From: an uncultured Gemmatimonadales bacterium
GTDB lineage: Bacteria; Gemmatimonadota; Gemmatimonadetes; Gemmatimonadales; GWC2-71-9
DNA: 64,000 nt
Direction of reading: 5' to 3'
Assembly: GCA_963730185.1 (NCBI GenBank)
Contig: CAVSQW010000004.1
Span: 64,001 to 128,000 of the forward strand
The position numbers and the translations under genes were made by a program. Under the pieces are notes generated by a model. It made no database searches. It saw only the letters and a list, made by a program, of their open reading frames with translations, and was not told the origin of the DNA. This document shows, one piece after another, positions 9,969 through 19,454 of this stretch (positions within the stretch are counted from its first letter, which is position 1; each line of letters starts with the position of its first letter).

Positions 9969-12624
9969 CCGCGTCCCCGGCTCCCGGATCCGTCGCCTCC
10001 TCCCCCGGCGCGCTCGCGACTGGTACGACCCCGCCGCGGCCGACCTGGTACTCGGACGCCGGGCTTCCGCCGGGTCCTGGGCCGCGATCCGGAACCGTCT
10101 GGCGCTCCTGTTGCTCTTCCTCGATTGCTGGCGGTTGCTCGTCCTCGAGCTGCCCGAGCGGTGGCTCGGCGGGCGGCCGCCCGGGCCCGAATCCTCTCGC
10201 CGGGAGCGCTTCCCCATGTTCTTCACTCAGCTCCGCTACGCCGTCCGCCGACTCTGGCGGGAGCCCACGTTCACCGCCACCGCGGTGCTCACCCTGGCGC
10301 TCGGGGTCGGGGCCAACGTCGCGGTGTTCGAGCTGGTCGAGGCGGCGCTGCTCCGCCCACTGCCCTATCCGAACGCCGACGAGCTGATGGTCGTTCGTCA
10401 TCGGGACCAGCGCACCGGCATCACCAAGCCGTTCATCGCAATGGGCGACTACGTCGACCTGGCCCGTCGTCAGACCGTCTTCGAGTCCCTCGGGGCCTAC
10501 GGCACCGACCAGGCAACGATCTTCGGTGAAGGCGACCCGTTCCAGGCGTCCGCGCTTTTCGCCGCGCCGGCGATGCTCCAGATGCTCCGGTTCCGTCCGC
10601 TCATCGGCCGCGGACTCACCGCGGCCGACGCGGTTGAGGGCGGGGGCCAGGTCGTGATCCTGGGCTACGAGCTCTGGCGAACCCGATTCGGGGCGGACTC
10701 CGCCATGGTGGGCCGGAGCGTCCGGTTCGCGTCCGGGCCGCGGTTGGTAATCGGGGTGGCGCCGCCCGGGTTCCGCTTTCCGCCGGACGTCTCGACCGGC
10801 GTCATCGTCCCGATGCCGGTGCCGGTCGAGACGCCGGCGGTGCGGAAGTCGGGATGGACCTTTGCGCTGGCGCGGCGGAAGCCCGGCCGGACGGCGGTCG
10901 AGGCCACGGCCGAATTGGACGCGATCTCCCGGCAGCTGGCGACGGAGTATCCGGTGGACAACCAGGGATCGCAGTACTACGCCGTGCCGTTGCGCGACGA
11001 CACGGTCGGCGACGCCAAACCGGCCCTCCTGCTCCTGCTCGCGGCGGTCGGGGTGGTCCTGCTGATCGCGTGCGTCAACGTCGCGAACCTGCTGGTGGCC
11101 CGCTCCCTGACCCGCCATCGGGAAATGGCGGTTCGGATGACGCTCGGCGCCAACCGGTGGCGCCTGGTGAGCCAACTCCTGACCGAGAGCCTGGTGCTGG
11201 CGTTGCTCGCCGGCGCGGCCGGCGTCGCGGTGGCCGGGGTGGCGGCCCGGGGTCTCACGAGCCTCGCTCCGGCGTCGTTGGACGTGAGTGGTTTGGGTCA
11301 GATCGCCCTCGACCCGACCGTGCTCGGCTTCGCGCTGGTCGTCACCGTCGCGACGGCGCTCGCCTGTGGGACCGTCGCGGCGGTCACGGTCCCCCTCGGC
11401 GAATCGGCTGGTCCCCTGGTGGTCGGCGGCCGCGCCAGTCAGACGGCCGCGGCACGGAGAGCCACCACCACGCTCGTGGTGGTGGAGGTGGCGTTCGCGG
11501 TCGTGCTCCTGATCGGCGCGGGCTTGATTCTCCGGAGCTTTGCCGGGCTCCTGTCGGTGGATCCCGGCTTCCGGACGGACCACGTGCTCACCCTGGAGCT
11601 CTCCCTCCCGGCCGACCGCTACGACGCCGAAGGCGCGCGGGTGGGCTTCTACGACCAGGCGGCCACCGCGATCGGCGCCTTGCCCGGGGTGACCGCCGTG
11701 GGCGAGGCGGTGGTGGTGCCGCTCACCGGCAACAACTGGACGGTGCCGTTCGAGCGGGCCGATCAGCCGGTCCGAACGGGCGAGCGCCCGCCGGATGTGG
11801 GCTGGCAGGTGGCGTCGGGCGGCTATTTCCGCGCCCTTGGGATTCCGCTCCGTTCGGGGCGGCTCTTCGACGAGAGAGACCGACCGGGGAGCGCCAGGGC
11901 GGTGATCGTGAGCGACGCGATTGCCGAGCGGTTCTTTCCCGGCGATTCGGCGGTGGGCCACGCCCTCCGGATCTCGGCCGACCAGACCGCCGAGATCGTG
12001 GGCGTAGTGGGCGACATCCGACGGGCCGGGCTCACGGACGAGCCGCGGGCCGACCTCTACTTCCCGTTCGAGCGCCAGCCGTCGACCGGGATCACCCTGT
12101 TTGTCCGCACCAGCGACGGTCCCGCTCGCCTGGCGGGGCCGGTTCAGGCGGCCCTGCGGAAAGTCGAGCCGAATGTGGTGCTGACGAGGGTCCGCACCAT
12201 GGCCGAGATCGCCCTCCGGTCGATGCGGCTCACCACCCTGGTGCTCTGGTTGCTGGGGGTCTTCGCGGCGCTCGCCCTGGTCCTGGCGGCGATCGGCATC
12301 TACGGCGTGATGTCGGAGGTGGTGCGGCAGCGGTCCCGTGAGATCGGCACCCGGATGGCGCTCGGCGCGCCCCGGAGCGGGATCCTGTGGATGGTGGCGC
12401 GGATGGGCCTGTCGCTCGCGGGTATCGGGACGGCGGTGGGTCTGGCGATTGGTCTGGCCGGGGCCCGGGCGCTCCGCGGCATGCTCTATGGGGTGAGTGC
12501 AGGCGATCCCCTGGTGCTGCTGGGGGCGACCGGGATGATCTTCTTCACGGCCGCCGCGGCGTGCTACCTCCCGGCTCGCCGGGCGGCGAGCGTCGATCCG
12601 GCCCGGACGCTGGCGGAGCCCTGA
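9961..12624 (+). CDS. ADOP-type duplicated ABC permease (MacB/FtsX domains); start uncertain (CTG 9961 or ATG 10216)
   Basis: QLRYAVRRLWREPTFT, LALGVGAN, LLIACVNVANLL, EMAVRMTLGA, VDPGF, REIGTRMALGA, PARRAASVDP. Confidence 0.92.
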   Translation: MPDRVPGSRIRRLLPRRARDWYDPAAADLVLGRRASAGSWAAIRNRLALLLLFLDCWRLLVLELPERWLGGRPPGPESSRRERFPMFFTQLRYAVRRLWREPTFTATAVLTLALGVGANVAVFELVEAALLRPLPYPNADELMVVRHRDQRTGITKPFIAMGDYVDLARRQTVFESLGAYGTDQATIFGEGDPFQASALFAAPAMLQMLRFRPLIGRGLTAADAVEGGGQVVILGYELWRTRFGADSAMVGRSVRFASGPRLVIGVAPPGFRFPPDVSTGVIVPMPVPVETPAVRKSGWTFALARRKPGRTAVEATAELDAISRQLATEYPVDNQGSQYYAVPLRDDTVGDAKPALLLLLAAVGVVLLIACVNVANLLVARSLTRHREMAVRMTLGANRWRLVSQLLTESLVLALLAGAAGVAVAGVAARGLTSLAPASLDVSGLGQIALDPTVLGFALVVTVATALACGTVAAVTVPLGESAGPLVVGGRASQTAAARRATTTLVVVEVAFAVVLLIGAGLILRSFAGLLSVDPGFRTDHVLTLELSLPADRYDAEGARVGFYDQAATAIGALPGVTAVGEAVVVPLTGNNWTVPFERADQPVRTGERPPDVGWQVASGGYFRALGIPLRSGRLFDERDRPGSARAVIVSDAIAERFFPGDSAVGHALRISADQTAEIVGVVGDIRRAGLTDEPRADLYFPFERQPSTGITLFVRTSDGPARLAGPVQAALRKVEPNVVLTRVRTMAEIALRSMRLTTLVLWLLGVFAALALVLAAIGIYGVMSEVVRQRSREIGTRMALGAPRSGILWMVARMGLSLAGIGTAVGLAIGLAGARALRGMLYGVSAGDPLVLLGATGMIFFTAAAACYLPARRAASVDPARTLAEP

Positions 12625-12636
12625 GGCCGCCGCGGG

Positions 12637-13677
12637 TCAGCGGCCGCCGGTGGGTGGCCCGGCCACGACGTCGATCGAGACGCTCCGCCGTCGCTCCGCG
12701 TTGGCGGCGAGCGCGGCGTCATGCTCCCGCTGCCAGCTGGTCCGGAGGGCCTGGTTGGCCGCGAGGTGGGCCGCGGCGGCCCGGCCGGGCTGGCGGGTTA
12801 TGAAACCGATCACCCCGGCCAGGCTCAAGGTGGCGCCCGCGGCGTAGGGAGCCGGACCCAACGAGGTGCCGGAGGAGACCGCGTTGGGAACCACCGCCGC
12901 GAGCAGGCCGGTCGCCAGGCCACCCACCAGAAAGGCGATCGCCGGACCCTGATCGCGCCGTTCGGGGAAGAAGGCCGAGGCCGGGAGCGGGGTGGGGAGG
13001 GGAAGCGTGTCGGCCAGGGCGGCGGAGGCGGTGATCGGGACCGTCACCACCCGGTCGGCCGCCATTCGGGAGCGCGCTCGGATCCGGAGGTCGAAGCGCC
13101 CTCGCGCCGGCGCGCCGCCGGCCGCCCGGCCGTCCCAGGCGACCACGGCGCTGTCGCCGACGGCGCCGGTGTAGATCTCGCGGCCCTCGTCGGCTCCGTC
13201 GGCCGCCGCCAGCGTGACCGTCACGTCCAGGGGCGCGCTGGTGTACACCCGAAGCCGATAGGGATGTCCGGCATCGATCCGAAACGCGGGCGGCGCCGCC
13301 ACTGCGACGTAGTTGCTGGTCCGCCGCACGCCGTCGAACGCCTCGGTCACGGCCGGCGGGAAGATCAGGGCGTTGGGCCGGCTCTTGGGCGAGGTTTCGA
13401 GCGCTTCCCGAAATGCGGCTGCGGCGGCGTCGCGACGGCCGCCGAAGAGCTCCGCCGCGCCAAGGTAGATGAGGATGTCGGCCCGGGCCGAGTCGACCAG
13501 GGCCGCGGGACCGCCCACCGCCAGGCTTTGGCGCAGCAACGTGGCGGCGCTCTGGTATTCCAGGGCGCGATAGGCCGCGAGCCCCTTGGCCGCGAGATCG
13601 CCGGCATCCTGCCCCCAGGCAGGGGCGGCGGCCAGCGCGGTCAGCAAGACGAGCGTCCCGACCAGCCGCCGCATCAC
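12637..13677 (-). CDS. Exported hypothetical protein (TPR-like N-terminus, Ig-like middle, two C-terminal hydrophobic helices)
   Basis: Signal peptide ...AAAPAWG; YLGAAE...AAAAFREAL; VAWDGR. GTGA overlap with the kinase. Confidence 0.7.
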   Translation of the reverse strand: MMRRLVGTLVLLTALAAAPAWGQDAGDLAAKGLAAYRALEYQSAATLLRQSLAVGGPAALVDSARADILIYLGAAELFGGRRDAAAAAFREALETSPKSRPNALIFPPAVTEAFDGVRRTSNYVAVAAPPAFRIDAGHPYRLRVYTSAPLDVTVTLAAADGADEGREIYTGAVGDSAVVAWDGRAAGGAPARGRFDLRIRARSRMAADRVVTVPITASAALADTLPLPTPLPASAFFPERRDQGPAIAFLVGGLATGLLAAVVPNAVSSGTSLGPAPYAAGATLSLAGVIGFITRQPGRAAAAHLAANQALRTSWQREHDAALAANAERRRSVSIDVVAGPPTGGR

Positions 13678-15182
13678 GACGCCGGCTCCAGGATCTGGTC
13701 GATCAGTCGCACCGCCTGGCCGGCCGGCACCACCACCTCGCGCTCGAACGGTGTGAACCCGTCGCGAACGATCCGGAGTCGATGAGTGCCAGCGGTGATC
13801 TCCACGTTGGCCTGGGGCGTGTTACCGATCAGCTTGTCGTCCACGTAAAGCGCTCCCCAGGGCCGCGAGCTCACGAAGAGCCGGCCGGTTTGGGCGTCGG
13901 AGGAAGCCACCCGTCCGGCGGCCGTGGTCTGGCGCGTCGGTTCGGGGCTCGGGCCGGGGCGTTCCGCTCTCGCGGCCGGCCGGGTGGCTGGTGCCGGCGG
14001 CGGTGTCGGCGCGGGCTCGTCGGGCGGCGGCTCGGCCGGGGCCACGGCCATCGTGGCGGTGTCGAGCGCCCCGCTGGTCGAGTCCGAGGCCGGGGCCACC
14101 GCCACCTGTCGACTCAGGCCAGGCTGGCTCCCGTTCGAGCGGAGAAACCAGGCGGCGAGCACCGCGCCGATCACGACCGCTGCGATGATGCCCCCGGTCA
14201 GCAGCGGGCTCCGGCGAGCGGGCGGCGCGTCGGAGACCTCGGGCTCGCCCGGGTCGGGGGGGAACACCAAGGTGTGCTGCGCCAGCGAGGGCGGCTGATG
14301 GCGGTGCGGTGCCCCGCCGGGGGCGGCTGCTCCGGCCAAGGCGGCAGCCAGGCTCCGCGCGAAGGTGCCGATCGTGGGGAACCGGTCGCGCGGGTCGGGG
14401 CTCAGGGCCCGGTTCACCACCCGATGCACGGCCGACGGAAGCTCCGCCGATTCGTCGACGGCGGCCCTGAAGGTCGCAGCGAGGGCGTACTGGTCGGTGG
14501 CCGGACCGGGGTCCCTGCCGGCCAGCTCCTCCGGGGATTCGAACTGCGCTGGCCGGCTCTTGCCGCCGAAGGCCGGAATCCGGTCGAGGATCGGTCCGAC
14601 CGCCAACTCGGTGAGGAGCGCCACCCCGCCGTCGTCGCAGACGATGATGTCGGCCGGACTCAGACTGCCGTGGATCACGTCGCGCCGGTGGGCCTCGTCG
14701 AGGGCATCGGCAGCCTGGCCCACCAACCGGGTTACCCGGTCCGGCGGCAGACGTCCCTGTCCCTGGAGCAGCTCCGCCAACGACTGCCCCCCGGCGAACC
14801 GGGTGGCGTACCAGGCCAGGTTGGCGGTGGTGCCGAAACGGTAGATGGGAACGATGTTGGGGTGATCCAGCGCGTTGACGGCCGCCATGGCACGCCACCA
14901 GCGGTCGGCCTGGCCGGCCCGTTCGATCGGCGCCCGCGACAGGACCCGGAGCGCCAAGGTCACGTCGGGATCGGCGCGACGGGCCACGTAGACGGCCGAG
15001 TGCGGGCTCCGGGCCAGCTCCTCGCCGATCTCGAATTGGGGGGAGAGCTCGTAGTGCACCCAGGCGTCGAGATCGTCCGGCAAAGGCCGATCAGAGGCTG
15101 CCCCGTCCGGCGAGTAGCCGCAACGCGCACACGTCCCCGTCTCCGGTGAGATCTCCTCGGCAGCGCAGAACGGACAGATCAC
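13674..15182 (-). CDS. Ser/Thr kinase-like protein (probable pseudokinase) with N-terminal zinc ribbon, TM helix and C-terminal PEGA domain
   Basis: CPFC...CARC; LDHPNIVPIY; IHGSLSPADI; SPEE; TDQYAL; PRDRF; TM; GRLFVSSRPWGALYVDDKLIGNTP. Confidence 0.85.
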   Translation of the reverse strand: MICPFCAAEEISPETGTCARCGYSPDGAASDRPLPDDLDAWVHYELSPQFEIGEELARSPHSAVYVARRADPDVTLALRVLSRAPIERAGQADRWWRAMAAVNALDHPNIVPIYRFGTTANLAWYATRFAGGQSLAELLQGQGRLPPDRVTRLVGQAADALDEAHRRDVIHGSLSPADIIVCDDGGVALLTELAVGPILDRIPAFGGKSRPAQFESPEELAGRDPGPATDQYALAATFRAAVDESAELPSAVHRVVNRALSPDPRDRFPTIGTFARSLAAALAGAAAPGGAPHRHQPPSLAQHTLVFPPDPGEPEVSDAPPARRSPLLTGGIIAAVVIGAVLAAWFLRSNGSQPGLSRQVAVAPASDSTSGALDTATMAVAPAEPPPDEPAPTPPPAPATRPAARAERPGPSPEPTRQTTAAGRVASSDAQTGRLFVSSRPWGALYVDDKLIGNTPQANVEITAGTHRLRIVRDGFTPFEREVVVPAGQAVRLIDQILEPAS

Positions 15183-15243
15183 GATACCAGCCCTTCACCC
15201 CGGCGCCGGCTCCGAAACCGGCGACCCAAGAACACTCGACGCC

Positions 15244-15280
15244 AAAACCGCCCCCAGGGGTAGGACACCCCCGGGGGTAG
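15244..15280 (-). terminator. GC hairpin: possible terminator downstream of the RraA gene, or a tandem regulator site upstream of the kinase
   Basis: CCCCCAGGGGT-aggac-ACCCCCGGGGG stem, followed on the minus strand by CGGTTTT. It also reads as the direct repeat CCCCC(A/G)GGGGTAG at 15251 and 15268. Confidence 0.35.
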
Positions 15281-15325
15281 CGGTTGTACTCAGCTATGGA
15301 GGGTAGGGTGGGAACGCTCCGGTGG

Positions 15326-16030
15326 CTAGTCCCCTCGGGCCAGGTCGGGTACCGGCACCCCGGCGTCGATTCGGGCCACCCGGGCGGCCTCCCCGGCGAT
15401 CCGGCGACGGACGCCGGCCAAGACGTCCTCGGCCCGCTCCCGAGGGACGAAGCAAACCCCGGTGTCGTCCGCCACCACGAGATCCCCTGGGTGGACGGTG
15501 ACCCCGTGGATCGAAACCGCCCCGTTGATGGCCACGGTCCGGAGCCGGTACTTGCCGGTCCGGGGGCTCGGTCCGCGGGCCCAGACCGGGAAGCCGAGCC
15601 GGCGGAGCCCGCCCACGTCCCGCACCGCGCCGTCGACCACCGCGCCGGCTTCGCGCTGCCGCCTGCCGATCCGGGCCGAGATGGCGCCCATGCTGGAGAC
15701 CTCGGGGGCGCCCTGGACAACGAGGACGTCGCCGGGCTCGGCGAGGTTGTGGCATTCCAGATCGCCCATCCGGCTCCCCGGCACCTCCACAGACCCCCGG
15801 AGCTCGGTGGCGACCGTGAGGGCTGGACCGACGATTCGCCCGCCGGCCACCATCGGCACCAGCACGCTGCCCGGCACGGCACCGTCGAGGCCGAGGGCGT
15901 CCAGGACGTCCGAGACCGTGCCGGTCAGGTCGTCGATCGCAAGCAGCTCTCGAAGCAGATCCGCCGGCGGCCGGGGAACCTCGCGAAGCCGGACCATCTC
16001 GGCCGGGAAGAGACCGGTGAGGGGGCGCAT
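15326..16030 (-). CDS. RraA family / HMG-CHA aldolase-like protein
   Basis: VSDVLD, IVGPALTV, GAVVDGAVRD, VHPGDLVVADDTGVCFVP. Confidence 0.88.
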   Translation of the reverse strand: MRPLTGLFPAEMVRLREVPRPPADLLRELLAIDDLTGTVSDVLDALGLDGAVPGSVLVPMVAGGRIVGPALTVATELRGSVEVPGSRMGDLECHNLAEPGDVLVVQGAPEVSSMGAISARIGRRQREAGAVVDGAVRDVGGLRRLGFPVWARGPSPRTGKYRLRTVAINGAVSIHGVTVHPGDLVVADDTGVCFVPRERAEDVLAGVRRRIAGEAARVARIDAGVPVPDLARGD

Positions 16031-16069
16031 GGCAGCGAGGTTACCGCGACGAGGACGGCTTGGCCATGG

Positions 16070-16942
16070 TCACCCTCGGAACCGGGGCTCGGGCAAGCCG
16101 ACGGCGGCGGTCCGGATGGCGAAGAGGGAGCCGGCCAAGGGTTCCCGGGCCAGCTGCTCCGGGGTCAAGCGCTGCCGGGCGGACGTGACGAACAGGGTGT
16201 CGAGTCCGGGGCCGCCGAAAGCGCAGCTGGTCGGGTTCGACACCGGCATGGGAATCACCCGGTCCACTCGACCGGCCGGCGTGTACCGCACCACCCGGCC
16301 GCCGGCATACTCGGCGTTCCAGAGACAGCCGTCGGCATCGACGGCGGAGCCGTCCGGTCGGCCCGGCGCGGCGGTCAGGTCGACCAGCACCCGCGGCGAC
16401 GACGGCACTCCGCGCTCGGCGTCGAAGGCGAAGGCCGAGATCCGATGGCGGTAGGTGTCGGCGAAGTACATGACCCGGGCGTCCGGGCTCCAGGCCAGGC
16501 TGTTGGGCACGATGACGTCGCCGAAGAGTCGGTGGCAAGCGCCGTCGGGGTCGAGCCGGTAGAGCGCGCCCGTGGGATCGCGGCGGACGTCGTTCATCGT
16601 TCCCGCCCAGAAGCGTCCCTGCCGGTCCACCCGGCCGTCGTTGAACCGGTTGTCCGGCTGATCGGCCTCGGGGTCGACGATCGGTTCGAGCATGCCGGTC
16701 TCGGGGTCGAGCCGGTGAAAGCCGTCGGCCATCGCGGCCACGAGTCCCGCCCCCTCGCGGAGCGCGATCGCCCCGACCAGCGACGGCAGGGGCACCCGGC
16801 GCGGCGAGGTGCCGCCGGACTCGATCCACTGGAGCGTGGGACCCCGGGCGTCGACCCAATAGAGGCGGCCGGACCGCTCGCACCACACCGGGCTCTCGCC
16901 CAGCCGATCGGTGCCCGGGACGATCGCGTCGACGGTGGTCAC
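16070..16942 (-). CDS. SMP-30/gluconolactonase/LRE family lactonase
   Basis: LGESPVW, NRFNDGRVD..GRFWAGTM, PNSLAWSPD, PDGSAVDADG, PTSCAFGG. Confidence 0.92.
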   Translation of the reverse strand: MTTVDAIVPGTDRLGESPVWCERSGRLYWVDARGPTLQWIESGGTSPRRVPLPSLVGAIALREGAGLVAAMADGFHRLDPETGMLEPIVDPEADQPDNRFNDGRVDRQGRFWAGTMNDVRRDPTGALYRLDPDGACHRLFGDVIVPNSLAWSPDARVMYFADTYRHRISAFAFDAERGVPSSPRVLVDLTAAPGRPDGSAVDADGCLWNAEYAGGRVVRYTPAGRVDRVIPMPVSNPTSCAFGGPGLDTLFVTSARQRLTPEQLAREPLAGSLFAIRTAAVGLPEPRFRG

Positions 16943-17919
16943 GCCGCCGGTGACCGATAGACCACGTTGCGCGGGGCCTCACCCCGGGCCACCCGATCGA
17001 TGTTGTCGGCGATCTCGGTCCAGCGCCGGTCGATCATCCCCCGGGTCCAGGCCGAGCAGTGCGGGGTCATCAACACGTTGTCGAGCTCGTGGAAGGGAAA
17101 GCGCGAGGGCCTGAGGTCGGGCGCCTCCGGCGTCGGATACCGATACCAGGTGTCGATCACCGCGCCGGCGATGGTGCGATCCACCAGGGCCCGATAGAGC
17201 GCCTCCTCCGCCACGATCGGGCCCCGGGAGACGTTGATCAGCACCGCGGTAGGGCGCATCGCGCGGAAGCTCTCGGCATCGATCAACCCCTCGGTCTCGG
17301 GGCCGAGACCCGACGCCACCACGACGAAGTCGCTCTCGGCGTAGAGGGCGGGCAGGGCGCCGAGGGGGCGGAGCCACGCGAGCCCGGGGGCCGGCCCCAC
17401 CCGCCGGGCGCAGGCCACCACCCGGGCGCCGAAGGCGCGGGCTCGGGGCACGATCGCCCGGCCGATCTGCCCGTAGCCGATCAACCCTACCGTCTTGCCG
17501 CCCAGCTCTTCCCCCAGCGGCCCGCCGGTCCGACCGCCCAAGGCCCAGCTCCCGGCCCGAAAGCTCCGTTCGGCGGCGAGGAACCGGGTGCCGGAGAGCA
17601 GCAGGCTCAAGAGGACGTACTCGGCGACCGCTTCGCCGTGTCCGTAGGCGTTGGCCACCACGGTGCCGGGTGGAAGCCGCCGGACGTCGATCCCATCGTA
17701 ACCCGTGCCGCCCGCCTGTACGAAGCGGAGCCTGGGGGCGGGGGGCATGCCGTCGTCGTAGTGGAGGGTGATCATCAGCTCCGCCGAGGCCAGCGCCTCC
17801 CGCCGGACCGGATCCGGAGCGTCGTCGGGCACCGGGACGATCTCGAGCGGGGTCCGGAGCTTCCCGACCAGGGTCGCGTGTTGCTCGCAGGCGAGCGAGC
17901 CGAGGAGCACGAGCCGCAC
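16939..17919 (-). CDS. D-isomer-specific 2-hydroxyacid dehydrogenase
   Basis: GLIGYGQIG, LINVSRG, AVIDTWY, NVLMTPHCS. Confidence 0.9.
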   Translation of the reverse strand: MRLVLLGSLACEQHATLVGKLRTPLEIVPVPDDAPDPVRREALASAELMITLHYDDGMPPAPRLRFVQAGGTGYDGIDVRRLPPGTVVANAYGHGEAVAEYVLLSLLLSGTRFLAAERSFRAGSWALGGRTGGPLGEELGGKTVGLIGYGQIGRAIVPRARAFGARVVACARRVGPAPGLAWLRPLGALPALYAESDFVVVASGLGPETEGLIDAESFRAMRPTAVLINVSRGPIVAEEALYRALVDRTIAGAVIDTWYRYPTPEAPDLRPSRFPFHELDNVLMTPHCSAWTRGMIDRRWTEIADNIDRVARGEAPRNVVYRSPAA

Positions 17920-17921
17920 GC

Positions 17922-18605
17922 TCAGCCGGCCGGTTCCAGCCGGACCCGACGGCGACCGTCGATGCCGAGGTAGCGGAGGAAGAGGCGGGTCAGCTCGTCG
18001 GCCAGGATCGGGGCGGGGAACGCGGAGCCGCCCGGCCAGCGCTCGTCGAAGAGCACCAGCTCGCGGAGCGTGCTCCGGATGGTCAGGAGCCCGATCTCGA
18101 GCCCCCGCTCCGGATCAGGATGGCGGATCCCGCCGTGGCGAAGCAGGAAGTCGAGCACCCGCGGCGGACCCTCGGCGTTGAGCCGCTCGAGTCGCCTCCG
18201 AAGGCCGGCATCGGTGTGCGACCGGAGGACCAGCGCCCGGCCGGCGCCCCGGGTGGCGTGGTACACCGTCACCAGGTCGTCGAGGTAGGCGCGGAGGGCC
18301 TCGGCCACCGTGGTCCCCTGCCAGCGGGCCGGGTCGGTGGCCCGAGACACCACGCCGAGCACCGCGTCGGTGACCCGCTCCTCGAGCGCCTCGAGCAGGG
18401 CATCCTTGTCGGGGAAGCGAGCGTAGAAGGCGCCGATCGTTACCCCCGCCCGCTCGGCCACCGCGGCGACGCTCACCGCCTCGAAGCTCCGGTCGGCGAG
18501 GAGGGCCTCGGCGGCGTCGAGCATCCGGCGATAGGTCGCCTGGCTCCGGGCCTGTCGGGGGGCCCGGGTGCGCGACCGGCGGCGGGGGCGGCTTGCAGAA
18601 AACAT
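17922..18605 (-). CDS. TetR/AcrR family regulator
   Basis: RQARSQATYRRMLDAA...SVAAVAERAGVTIGAFYARFPDK HTH. Confidence 0.92.
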   Translation of the reverse strand: MFSASRPRRRSRTRAPRQARSQATYRRMLDAAEALLADRSFEAVSVAAVAERAGVTIGAFYARFPDKDALLEALEERVTDAVLGVVSRATDPARWQGTTVAEALRAYLDDLVTVYHATRGAGRALVLRSHTDAGLRRRLERLNAEGPPRVLDFLLRHGGIRHPDPERGLEIGLLTIRSTLRELVLFDERWPGGSAFPAPILADELTRLFLRYLGIDGRRRVRLEPAG

Positions 18606-18647
18606 AGTGAATGCTATGATATTTGATCGAAGCTCCGCATCCGTCAA
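18593..18647. promoter_or_regulatory. Overlapping divergent promoters with a candidate TetR operator
   Basis: Plus strand TTGCAG (18593)-16 nt-TATGAT (18615) with an extended TG; minus strand TTGACG (18647-18642); inverted repeat CATAG-N6-CTATG (18603-18618). AT-rich island. Confidence 0.55.
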
Positions 18648-18653
18648 GAGGCC

Positions 18654-19454
18654 ATGTCCCAGCCGTCGACCATCACTCGGGTCACCCTGCGCCGGGTTGC
18701 CGGCCCGCCGAGCCTCCTCTTGGCCGAGGTCGGTGACGGTCGTTGGACCGGGCTGGCCACCGCGGCGGACCGGCCCGGGCTGGCCGAGGCCGCGGGGCGG
18801 CGGGGGGCCGGGTGGATCGGTCGCTCGGCCGACCACGGACCGGGGCCGGGCGCGATCGGGGGCGACTGGCTCCGCGACGATGCGGACTGGACGGCGTTCG
18901 GGCTGCTTGAATCGGCCCGGCACGATCTGGCCGCCCGCCGGCATGACGTCCCGCTCTGGCGGTGGCTGGGCGGCGCGGTGCGACGAGTGGTGGGGGTGAG
19001 CGGGTCGACGGACGAGCGTCCGGCCGGAGCCGGCGGGCCCCGGGTGGCGGACCCGTCGCGCTGGTCGGAGCTCCAGGGCGACCTGCTGGCCGACCGGGTC
19101 GACGGGCTCAGGGTGGATCCGTTGCGGGCAGGTGGACCCGCCGGGGTGCTCCGGCTCGACGCCATCGCGCGAACCTTCCGGGTCGGGCTCGCGCTCGCCT
19201 CCGGTGCCACCCTGGCCGGCCGGGCGTTGGCGGTTCACCTGGCCATGGCGGCCACGATGGCAAGCCTCCCGCTCGACTGGCCGGACGACGACCCGCCGGA
19301 CCAGGCATGGCTCGGCCCGGCCCGGGCCTATCGGCCCGACGGGGGCCGGGTGACCGCGCCGGAGGCGGCGGGATTGGGGCTCGCGATCGAGGCCGGCCGG
19401 TTGGGGCCGTTGGTAACCGAGCGCTGGTCTCTGGGCGAGGACGACCGCGGGTGA
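18654..19454 (+). CDS. Shortened, degenerate enolase-superfamily (MR/MLE-like) protein
   Basis: Capping domain LLESARHDLAARRHDVPLWRWLGG and C-terminal VTAPEAAGLG are present. Only 266 aa, with no KxK or clear metal-ligand segments. Confidence 0.65.
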   Translation: MSQPSTITRVTLRRVAGPPSLLLAEVGDGRWTGLATAADRPGLAEAAGRRGAGWIGRSADHGPGPGAIGGDWLRDDADWTAFGLLESARHDLAARRHDVPLWRWLGGAVRRVVGVSGSTDERPAGAGGPRVADPSRWSELQGDLLADRVDGLRVDPLRAGGPAGVLRLDAIARTFRVGLALASGATLAGRALAVHLAMAATMASLPLDWPDDDPPDQAWLGPARAYRPDGGRVTAPEAAGLGLAIEAGRLGPLVTERWSLGEDDRG

